From the NCBI GenBank assembly GCA_020137815.1, contig CM035360.1, positions 5,828,001 through 5,892,000 on the forward strand: 64,000 nt of DNA, read 5' to 3'. The DNA comes from Hormiphora californensis (lineage: Eukaryota; Animalia; Ctenophora). This document shows, piece by piece, positions 41,072 to 52,088 of the stretch. Below the pieces are notes generated by a model. That model did no database searches. It worked only from the letters and a program-made list of their open reading frames with translations, and was not told the origin of the DNA. The stretch's first letter is position 1. Every line of letters begins with the position of its first letter. The position numbers were made by a program, and so were the translations under genes.

Positions 41072-41964
41072 TGAAAAGCAGGGTTGGGTTGGGTTGGGCT
41101 GCCATGGAATTTTAGTTTGACTAGCAGGATAATTAAATTGACGAAACGTTCCACCCTGTGTAGAAATATCTGATGGTTTCTTGATGGGAGTAATTACAAT
41201 AAGGACGAGCTGACGAGGCCTATCTAAATCTTTGTTATGTAGAGGGATCCTATATAGCTACTTCAGCCGATTGCGTGAAACTTTGTTTGGTGATAAAGTG
41301 AATGAAATTATCAGTCAGTTATTTAGTCAGTCAGTCATTGTTTGAGAGCTTCTTCCACGTGGTAATGAAGCCTCCGTGAACTCCTCGAGTAGTCCGGCCT
41401 CTAGCTCTCCTCAGTTGGTAATATATCCTCTCCTAAACTAGAATCCAACATCATAATAATCCGTCCTGGAAAGCAGAAATTTTCATGAAAACGATTTTCA
41501 ATGAGACACAAAAGAAAATGGAATATCAAACGAAAAACATACACAAAACTTAGGGTCAGCACACACCAACGTTAAAATTAAAATTAAAATTTGACGTTTT
41601 TGGTCATAACTCTGCCATTTCTTGGCAAAATTGCTTCATTTTGGGCTTGTTGGAAAGAGGGCATCGAGCCCGTTCTGAACAGCCCAAGAAACTTGAAATC
41701 CGCGCAAAGTGCGCGGCGTTACAGTGCAAAATGTGTTCGTTAAAATTTTAACACGCGCATTATGTGCCTTAACGCCGCACACTTTGCGCCGATTTTAAGT
41801 CTCTTGAGCTCTTCAGAACGGGCTCAATGCCCTCTTTCCAAAAAGCTCAGAATGAAGCAATTTTGCCCAGAAATGGCAGAGTTATGACCAAAAACGTCAA
41901 ATTTTAGTATTCTGAATAATGAGTTCAGAGCAAGAATTAAATAGGGAAGAAAATCGAAAAATAC

Positions 41965-42041
41965 TGGGTTTGACCGGGAATTGAACCAGGGACCTCCAGA
42001 GAGACATGCTCGGAGCTATAAACCACTAAGCTACCAAACCC
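41965..42041 (-). ncRNA. tRNA-derived Pol III unit (pseudo-tRNA or SINE head), left arm of palindrome
   Basis: GGGTTTG/CAAACCC acceptor stem, A box TAGCTTAGTGG, B box GGTTCAATTCC, T5 three nt downstream. The anticodon arm is non-canonical. Confidence 0.7.
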
Positions 42042-42045
42042 TATA

Positions 42046-42129
42046 GGGTTTGGTAGCTTAGTGGTTTATACTTTATAGCTCCGAGCATGTCTCTCTGGAG
42101 GTCCCTGGTTCAATTCCCGGTCAAACCCA
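42046..42129 (+). ncRNA. tRNA-derived Pol III unit, right arm of palindrome (7-nt duplication in the D arm)
   Basis: Same sequence as the left copy plus an extra CTTTATA; followed by GTATTTTT. Confidence 0.7.
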
Positions 42130-42466
42130 GTATTTTTCGATTTTCTTCCCTATTTAATTCTTGCTCTGAACTCATTATTCAGAATACTAATTAATCTCTC
42201 CTTAACCGAGTTCTGCCCGTGTATGTGTGAGATTCCCCATTAAACTGTTGTACAGAGGGCGTGTGTGTGTGTTGATCACCAGAAGGAGATATCAAAATTA
42301 CTTCCCCTTCGTCAAATTTTAATTTTAATTTTAACGTTGGTGTGTGCTGACCCTTATATTAGATCAGATGAAGTAGCAAAGGAGGGCAGCAAGAGGGCAG
42401 AAAGAAACAAAGAGCTCATTTGTAAAATGTAAGGAACTTATAATATTGCAATATTATGATTTCATA

Positions 42467-42642
42467 TACAGTCGGACCCCGATTTACCGGGCCCCGATTT
42501 ACCGGAACCCCGATTTACCGGGAGGGTAAACTTCCCCCGATATAGGAAATTTACAGTATTTCACCCCGATATACCGGGCACCCCGATTTACCGGGCAAAA
42601 CCATTTCCCCCGAGCATCCCGGTAAATCGGGGTCCGACTGTA
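42467..42642. mobile_element. Tc1/mariner-type MITE with TA TSD
   Basis: TA-CAGTCGGACCCCGATTTACCGGG ... CCCGGTAAATCGGGGTCCGACTG-TA; internal CCCCGATTTACCGG repeats. Confidence 0.9.
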
Positions 42643-44571
42643 TTGCAAATGAACCCCAGCTGCCTCGTCATAACCTAATTTAACCCCAGCTAGGCTTTAT
42701 CTTCACCGCCTCTCTCTAGTAGACTACTCTTTCAGTCTCTCTCCCGGCTCCTCCCTAATTCTCGAGTGTAACCTAGTAAGTATTGATTCAATACTGTTGA
42801 ATGCTCAGTGTAGGATTATTAAGGCAACGAAAGCTGGGATCGGAGTAGAATAACAAAATTAGATCTGAATTATTATACGGTATGTGATCTCATTCTTATT
42901 CGCTAAATCAGTATATTACTGTCTGGCGCTCATGCAGACACCTTCTGAGCATTACTTTACCGGAAATTATGGCAATATATTATAGATCCTAAACGCTGAA
43001 ACGGACACTAAATGTCATTATCTATAGTGGTAAATCACCAGCCTACGCTGCAGCACTGGCCTGACAAAATACCAATAACCGCTCAATCCAATATATCCAA
43101 TATATCCCGTAACAACTCTCGTAAACAGTGTCATTTGTAGAATAACAAGAGAAGGCCCGAGAACAATATAACTTGTGAAACAAGGTCACATACAGCATAC
43201 ATGAATGTGTGATCGGGCCATTTGATTCGATTTACCTACTAGGTAATTCCTAGGCATGACGGGCCACACAAGGGTAGATTTAATGAAGTTAAACCAATCT
43301 CTCTAATTTTTAGAGAGATGAAAAGAAACGGAAATCATAGTAAGAATGGGCCTGTGTCGTACTCTCTGACCGCGACCCTCACTTCCAAGTTATGAAGCGT
43401 GACATTTGACTATGTAACTTTTTTTAACGTCTGAGCTCGATATAGCACATGAGAGAGTGGCACTGAGGCTTCTTCTTCCTCGACCCTCGTTCTTCCTTCA
43501 TGAACTCCTGAAGGAGTATTGAGCTACTGGCTACAACATACTGCTGCCATTGGGTCTTGTAAAACTAGTAAGCTATACGATATATCACCCCGCATGCATG
43601 TATGGAACATAAACACATTTCAATTCAAGGACGATATATATCTGGGCATTCAATACTAACGACGCGACTGACAGCTTACAAAACAAAAGCTCAGCCCTCT
43701 AAAGTTACCCAATGTACATCTGGATATTGGGTCCTGACAAATTCGATTATACAGCCGTGCAGCCGTGTGTGTCATTGTTTCCACGGTCCACCGCATTTAT
43801 ACCGGCATCAAATTACCCAAACTCATAAAACACTTGGTTAAAGATAAAGTTGTGTGCACTGATGTCATGCAAGGCCGTGTGAAGGGCATACACGCAGAAG
43901 TTTATATCGAACGAGTTTCGAGTGGGACTGTCAACTGGTCTATCGATGTGTCAGTCGTTATTGTATTCTACTTTGTCGCCTGTCAGGTCAATGCTCTGGC
44001 CACAATTCTCGCGTGCTGAAGAAATGAGAATAGGGTCAGGGCGTCAGGCTAATGCTCTGACAGATTCTACGTTTTGTAGCACCATATGTATAAGGTAGAC
44101 GATCCACATTCTTACTTCTTAGTTAACCAAAACGGCTGAAACGGCTATGAATATCTTTGTTAACCACTATAATACCAGATTACATATTGTGATGTCTATC
44201 CGAATGGGATTAGGTACTCGGCAGAGTAATGCACTAATAATAATGATTGAGAGATGATTGGGAAATGATTGGGATGATTGTCGTCGGTGTCAGTTACGAT
44301 GTGATCAAATGGAGTCCTCCATCACGATGTAGACTCAATTGTTATTTCCAGCTGCTTACTCTGTGTTTGGAGTTGTCGTTTTCGACAAAAAGGAGCATCA
44401 TAGTCCCAACCTCCGGCGGTGCAGGTCCTCTCAGGGGTGCCCTCTAGTACATGCTTCTTGTGACAGGCTATCGTCACCGTCTGTCCAGGATCTGTATCGT
44501 TCCAACTTCCTTGTTCTGATCCGTCCACGGTGAATCCGGGGCACGCTGGTGGATAGAATTAACATGTTTTA

Positions 44572-46385
44572 ATTAATAATAATATTAAGTTTTGTATACC
44601 GCCACAGACACGACAGGGCCAGATAAGTAAAACTGTAACTGACACTGACGAGCTTCAGAGCGGTATACCTCACGCGAAAAGGTCCTTATATTCTCACACA
44701 CTTTGGAAAAAACTCCTAGTTCAAGATATACTAATTAGATAACTGGTCACATAACGCTTAAAAACTGTTTAGATGAAAAAATTACAGACTTTATTAAATA
44801 AAGGGAACAAAGCCAACAGCCCACACACTACTTATCAGCAGCTCAACAATACTGATAAAAAAGCCCTAAGTGTAAATGGTGAGCACGCCTAAAGACCGCC
44901 TACTGACAGATGGGGAACACGGTGAACAACTCAGACGCCACACCGGGAGTCTTCAGGGGTAGAAGGGAACGCTTCAAGGAAAAGTCTGGTCTTCAGCCTA
45001 GATTTGAACAACTCAATGGGGTGAACAGATCTCAGGTCTAGAGGTAAAGAGTTCCATACCGTCTGTAGAAACACCGAAATCCTCCTTCTCCTCAGTTTAG
45101 AGTTTGCGTTAACACTCGAGAGTTTAGGATATTTCAGCTTATAGAAGTCAATCACTGAATTCGCCCTCGTTGGTCTCATACCCAGAATATCATCATCCCT
45201 AGGGACCAGTTCCAGCAAATACTCTGTAGCTGTTCCACGCACAATTTTGTACGCTAACAGACAGGCCTTGAACGTTAGTCTCTGCTGTATTGGGAGGATA
45301 TGAGCTTCCTTGAAATACTCATCATAGCTATCCTGATGTCCTCGTAGGTTATAGATGAACCGTACGCAGGAGTTTAGAACCTTTTGAAGATTGTTCAGAA
45401 TCCGTTTTGGGAGTCCACAGTAGAGGATATTGCAGTAGTCTATCTTTGATATGACTAATTGCTTCACCAGAAGAATCCGTGTACTATTGTCCAAACACTT
45501 ATTGAGTTGCCATAGGTTCTTGAGTTGCAGTCCACATTGTTTCTTAACATTGTTCACCTGCCTCTCCAGGGTAAGATGCTCATCCAGAAGTATTCCTAGA
45601 GTCTTCCCTGTCCTTCCTCTGCATTCCATGGGCTGCAACACAGCGTCACCAAACCTAATTTCCGGATCAAATACCAGCTTCTCAAGAGAACTTGATTTTC
45701 CCAGAAGAACAAACTCAGTCTTACTCTCGTTACATTTGAGCCAATGCTGTACCATCCAGTTCTTAATAGAAGCGAGACACTCCTCAATACTGGTCTTAGT
45801 CGCTGTCCATCCCTCACTATCCGTTGGGACAAGTCCCACATATAACTGGGAATCATCTGCATACAGCTTTATCATTAGACCATACGGTCTAGCAATATCC
45901 TGTAGCTCCTCTATGTACAACAGGAATAATACAGGACCTAACAATGACCCCTGTGGTACTCCACAGATGAGAGCAATAACCTCAGAGAGCTCACCATGGA
46001 CGCTTACTCTGTAACTCCTGGAACTCAGATAACTCTTAAACCACCCAAGCGCACTTCCCTTCACTCCAAACCTCACCTCAAGCACTTCCATCAGCTTCTC
46101 ATGATCTACTGTATCGAAAGCCGCGCTCATGTCCAACAGCATGAGTGCCGCTACCTTTCCAGAATCAAGTTCTTTCAGCAAGTCATCAAACATTCCAGCC
46201 AGAAGAGTTTCACAACTATGACCAGTTCGGTAACCCGACTGGTTGGCGTTCAACAAGTCATTCTTCAGTAGATAGTCATTCATTTGACACAACACCACCT
46301 TTTCCAAGACTTTTGAGACAAAAGCAATGTTTGAGACAGGGCGGTAGTTGGCAAGAAGATCTCTGTCTCCATTCGGATCCTTTAA
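44572..46385 (-). mobile_element. 5'-truncated CR1/L2-group LINE with intact RT frame
   Basis: NYRPVSN, QSGYR..HSCET, LDMSAAFDTVDH, GVPQGSLLGP, YADD. 3' UTR ends in a stem-loop and an (ATT)n tail. Paralogous to the element at 59-63 kb. Confidence 0.92.
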
Positions 46386-46809
46386 TTGTATTAATTTAAA
46401 TAATTTAATTTTATGAAACTCACCATAGGTTCGGTAGAAGTCTGATGCGGTATCATCCTTTGGAATTAATATTCTCTCCACAACATCTCCTTCCCACCTT
46501 GGCACACAGTCATTGTCACTAAACTGGTAGTCCAGTACCTCCACCCCATTGCACTCAATACTGAGGGTGGTGTTCGTTTTTCGAAATGTCCACGTCTTGT
46601 CCACCTCCTCTGGTGGTTGAACTGGGAATTCGGTCCATTTTTTGCAGGATGTCATGAGGTATTTCATGGGTGATTGGAACCACACTCTAACTCCTCTGAA
46701 ACTGTTATCTGTGGCGTACGTGTACACATGCATTAAGTCATTACTCCCGACGGTAGAGTTCGTCTTGATTTGAAGAGGAGTGCTCTCCAGATCAAACGTG
46801 AATATAGTA

Positions 46810-48460
46810 CGTCCTAGTATTCGGTGCCATTTAACTGAAATTAGATGAAATTGGTTAAATGAAAAAAGTGGCCATTCGGGATTAGCTCTGTCTCTGTCTG
46901 GCACCGCAGACCTCATCTGATCTCGCTGGACCGCACGCTCAGATGGGGTCTTTGAGCATCAAATCGGGGTCTGGCGCCGCAAGACAGCTCTGCTTTATAA
47001 CTTCTGACTACTCGTTCTACTAATTGTATTAGTATGGTAGTAGTTAGTTTGGTTTGGTTTGGTTTGGACCACTCATCTGGGACTGTAAACAGTCACACAG
47101 CCAAGTCTCGCCGAACAGGCGAGACAGCATAGTGCCGGATCATCCTTTCGGAATCACCACCAGATCGTCTTCTGTCTGTCGTCGGTGAAAGAATATGAAA
47201 TCATACTTCTAGATCTTAAAATTAAATTGTTCTCAGTAACAATCAACAAGCTAATCAAATCAAATCATTATATAATATTCTCATCAATAATAAAATAAGG
47301 TGTACATGTACAATATATAAATCATATGAAACATAAACAAATTATGAATGAATCATGAATGTGTTTGGAATGAAATCATTAACGAATCTTAAATAAAAAC
47401 ATTGAATGAGTGAATTGTGATCAACATAAAATTAGAAGTGAAACAACAGTTTACGCAATTTTTGAGCGACTCTGGTGTTTTCTTTTATTGAGCAAATACA
47501 CAGTTTAGTGCGATGGTGCGTGATAGTGGATTTTCAATGAGCGATCAAGCATTTAGTGAATGAAATGCGGTAATTGACTAGAAATACTAGTGAACTGTCG
47601 AAATGAAAAACATTGGTTTTTACACGGTTTCGAGTAGTTGTGGATGATGATGGATTTGAGCGAGCGTCTCGACCTATGTCTGCTTTAATTAGTCATGTGA
47701 TCGTGATTAAAACTTGAATTGCGACCGTGAAAGGGCTGTATATGTATGTGTGATATTGAGCGAGTATTGGTGAGCGGTGTATCAACAACAAACAGTACGG
47801 ACTGACAAACTTACGACCTTGATGGATGTGATGGGTACTAACTGTGACGTCTTGGTGATGAGATGAGAGGTATATCTTTTACAGTAGAGGTAAAGATACA
47901 CGACAACGATCAAACACAAATAAGGGCGGGGCAGATAAGACAATTTGTGAGTTGTTACACGCGATAAGCGACTTAGTGCACCAAAACACAAGGATTGTCT
48001 CTGTAGCGAGGTATATAAGAAACTGCTCTAAATTGGGAAGGGCCAGGGTGGGGGAGGTGGGTGGGGCGGAGGGGGTGGGAGGTGGAAAGTAGAAGCTTGA
48101 GGCCAGTACAAATTTGCCGAAATAGACGTGTGTCGGGACATTTACTAAACAAGGCCGGGGGTGGGGGTAGTGTTTACTGAAATTGGGTAGTTGGGAGAAG
48201 AAGAACTGGCAATTTATGTGCGATGATAGTCCAAAATGGCAGCGGAAGCGAGAGTAAAACAAAGACAATGTAAGGAGACAAGTAGTGACAATGTGGCATA
48301 TTTGATCTTGTGTGAATTCTTCGGTCGCAAAGTTATTTCTCAGTTCAAATGCAAGATTATTTTAATTAAATTTAAATTTTGAAATATGAACTTGAAATTT
48401 TGGGAGTACTTTGGACAGCATATTTACACTTTAGAAAGGTTGTAGTAAGCGAAGGAATGA

Positions 48461-48521
<61 letters not shown>

Positions 48522-48960
48522 AGCTTGAGGCCAGTACAAATTTGCCGAAATAGACGTGTGTCGGGACATTTACTAAACAAGGCCGGGGGTGGGGGTAGTG
48601 TTTACTGAAATTGGGTAGTTGGGAGAAGAAGAACTGGCAATTTATGTGCGATGATAGTCCAAAATGGCAGCGGAAGCGAGAGTAAAACAAAGACAATGTA
48701 AGGAGACAAGTAGTCGGTAGTAGTCCTAGTATTCGGTGCCATTTAACTGAAATTAGATGAAATTGGTTAAATGAAAAAAGTGGCCATTCGGGATTAGCTC
48801 TGTCTCTGTCTGGCACCGCAGACCTCATCTGATCTCGCTGGACCGCACGCTCAGATGGGGTCTTTGAGCATCAAATCGGGGTCTGGCGCCGCAAGACAGC
48901 TCTGCTTTATAACTTCTGACTACTCGTTCTACTAATTGTATTAGTATGGTAGTAGTTAGT
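46810..48960. repeat. Local segmental duplications
   Basis: ~46811-47048 equals ~48722-48960; ~48088-48285 equals ~48516-48714. Confidence 0.9.
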
Positions 48961-49552
48961 ACACCTACTTTAAAACAGTTATAGGTAGTAGGAACAAACT
49001 CACCTTCTGTTGCAGGGGCCATCATGGGTGACAATAAAATGGAAAATAGAAAGAACCACATCAGGACTAGGTCAGGAGAAACACAGCAGCCACGGTCATT
49101 CAGTATTGAAGAAGAACAGTACGTGTAAGTCTTTGACTCCAACATAGGTCTCTCCATTATTTTGCATCTCTCTCACTCAAGTTGGTTGAGCTCTACTAAT
49201 GGCGTTGTCTTGTCTCTAGTCTCCTCTCTAGGGTGGGAACTCTCACTCTCTAGTCTCTACCCTAGCTGTGTGTCTGTCTGGCTGTGTGTATGTGTCTCGC
49301 TCTATCTCTATGTCTGTCTGTCTGTATGAATAAATGTGCCTGTATGTATGCCTGTCTGTAAGGGATGGGCTAGGGTAGCGTCATGTCATTTTCTCAATCC
49401 CTAGAGCAGATTACGGAATGGAAACTCGCTCAAATGCTCATCAGTGATGAAAGATATATGATGAGTCATCACTCAACAAACATTGAACCTTATTACAGGG
49501 ATGAGTATATTTTTCAAGTGGGACGCAATAGTACCTACCAGAATATTACTGA

Positions 49553-49820
<268 letters not shown>

Positions 49821-50118
49821 CTCCACTATATCACTACCCCCTGGAGCGATCAACAACACGCAATTACCCACGTATAGGACACTTGTGTGAGAAACACACA
49901 TGCACACCTTTCATTCTACTCCAACCTTGATTTGTACTGTCTTACTTCATGAGGTCCAACAACTGATTCTTGAATACTTCTTGATTAAGTTAATTATAGG
50001 CACCTAATTATAAGTATTAGCAGTTAGTTAGTTACTAATTGGTATTCCCTGTAATCTAGGAAAAACGCAGTTCCAAAACTAAGAAGATGAGACTCAGTGA
50101 CGTTATTTGACCACCACC

Positions 50119-51780
50119 ATGGCCCTGGACACCTACGAGATCAAGGTCGTTGTCACCGTGTCAGCTGTTGTCATAGTAATCTGCGTCTTCACTCTCGTCA
50201 TGGAGATCCTCCGGATGAGACCGGGATGCTGCTGGTTGAGCCCGCCCCTCCCCACTGTTGACATGGAGAAGGGCGCGGAGGTGATCGTTGCCACAACAAC
50301 AACTGCAGCAGCAGCAGCAGCTATGAGTAGCGCGTCCCCTGGGGGTAGTAAAGTTATAACACCCATCCTAAAACCTGATAGTGCCCTCCTGTCGGAGAGA
50401 TTTGCAAGGGAAAAGCGGGTTAAATCCGCCTTCGGCCGCGAGATTCTACGCTTACAATCGGTATCGGTCTCACTCTGAGCAGAACCTTGACATCCAAAAA
50501 CGCCGTCTGAGCAGAGCAAAAACGGCGGGTCATATCAGACCCAATCGTCCCAACAACGGTTACTATGGGCACGGGGTTACATTCGGAAATGCGGAAACAT
50601 TTGAACTCTCCGTACCTACTCGCCGGAAAGTTTCCTTCTCACCCGGATCAGAGAACAGAAGACGATTCGGATGAGAAAGATCTGGAGATCCCAGAAGACA
50701 ACACCTCAACAGTTTCCCTAGAATCCAAGGAACCACAAACACCTGCCAAAACCCCGGTAACAAGACAAACAAGTAGTGTTTCCGTGGGAACCGACAGACT
50801 CCCTGACGCTGATGCGGGTACTCAGTGTGAGGCATTCATGTTCGTACCCGCGCTCACTTATGCAGATGCAGAAACCCAAACTGATGCAGATGAAGATTAT
50901 GAAGAGAAAACAGAGGTGTTGAGATCGGTTAAACTGAGGACCAGCCAGGGGACCCAAATGATGGAGCGATCGCCAACACCAACCCCAGTCTGTGTAGATA
51001 CGGCTTGTGGACCGAGTACGATAGATCTTATCACCCCGGTAACACCAGCACCCCGACCGGAGCCCACCCCACCGCCCCAACGAGAATTCACCCCACCTCC
51101 GCCAAAACCACCTGGTACAGCTCACAACAACAGAAGTGCTAACAATAAGAGTCGAGCCAAGAGCAGGAAACTCAAGAGTCGGGGCATGGTGCTGCATACG
51201 GCCAAACGGGCCGTTTCAGGCCGGAGATCTTCACATGCCAGTGTCAGACCCCCGGCCGGGAGTGCGGGGAAGAGTCATCCGGTGCTCAACAAGAAACAAA
51301 TCAACTTCCCCGTTATGAAAAACAAGGGTCCGAAGGAAAAGTGGAAGAATGGCAGCGGAGAGAATATACATGCAGCAAAGGGTGGCCAAAGTGAAACCTG
51401 CAAAAAGTGATAAAGCTGTACTGGGGTTAAAAACGGCGATATCAGAGATTAAAAGTTTCACCCTCCCACCGCCTGCTGTTTACGAGGTCACCAAGGGTAT
51501 TTTGATTATAATTGGAGAGGACCCGGAATCTCTGACGGACTGGAGAAAGATGACACACATGTTGGGTCGACATGGGCCCGCTAGCCCAATAACCCGACTT
51601 GTTAACCTAAGAAACACTCCGTTGAATGAGATGCAGATGAGAGAGGGCCGGAGAATTGTCGAGGAGATTTCCCTGGATGAGATTAGTAAAGTTAGTAGGG
51701 GTGCGAGTGTGTTGTACAAGTGGTTAGCGAGGTTGACACGTTATACCCCGCCCGGGGTTAGCAGGAAACCACCTGTATAA
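50119..51780 (+). CDS. Single-pass membrane protein with disordered linker and C-terminal dynein microtubule-binding-domain-like fold (split over four frames by three +1 shifts)
   Basis: TM VVVTVSAVVIVICVFTLVM followed by CC. Frames 50107 > 50381 > 50565 > 51349 each shift by +1. C-terminus ISEIKSFTLPPPAVYEVTKGILIIIGE..DW..ISKVSRGASVLYKW resembles the dynein stalk head. Confidence 0.65.
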
Positions 51781-52088
51781 CGACAATCTAATGACCTTTG
51801 ACCAACATAAATGTTTATGCCAGCTGAAAATTTACATATTGCCTATTGGACTTTCTTTCTATGACACATAATTCTTTTTTATTTATACGATATAATTTTA
51901 GTTTTTACTGACCACCAAGCAAATTAAAATAAACTGTGTACATTTTAAAGCCGCAGAGAGAACTTCAACTATGGATATACATATAGTGGACACTGGACAG
52001 CGAATCATCCCAGCTCTTTGAAAGAAAGGGTATTTCCATTCAATTGCAAAGCTCTTAATCATATGCTGCAATGCTTCCAATCAGTAGG

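Larger units (their letters stand above)
41553..42353. mobile_element. PIF/Harbinger (Tourist-like) MITE containing two internal palindromes
   Basis: TTA TSD at 41550-41552 and 42354-42356; ~44-bp TIRs GGGTCAGCACACACCAACGTTAAAATTAAAATTAAAATTTGACG; internal palindromes 41587-41905 and 41904-42190. Confidence 0.85.
44359..49061 (-). pseudogene. Secreted protein gene (signal exon, DLESTPLQIKT-type beta domain, sushi/CCP domain), apparently disrupted
   Basis: Signal exon 49061-49004 (MWFFLFSILLSPMMAPATE). Domain exon ~46810-46424, whose 5' end is replaced by a duplicated repeat. Phase-compatible sushi exon 44545-44359 (CPGF..VTIAC..LEG..RTC..GW....PFC). Confidence 0.55.

Noticed and set aside
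41965-42129. Functional tRNA genes
   Set aside because: The anticodon arm is irregular and lacks the conserved U before the anticodon; one copy has a D-arm insertion; both sit inside a transposon.
43540-44020. Further exons of the sushi-domain gene
   Set aside because: The phase-compatible frame hits in-frame stops, so a model cannot be supported.
44931-46385. RT as a retron/DGR-type or domesticated system
   Set aside because: It is clearly paralogous to LINE ORF2 at 59-62 kb and retains the LINE 3' UTR and tail.
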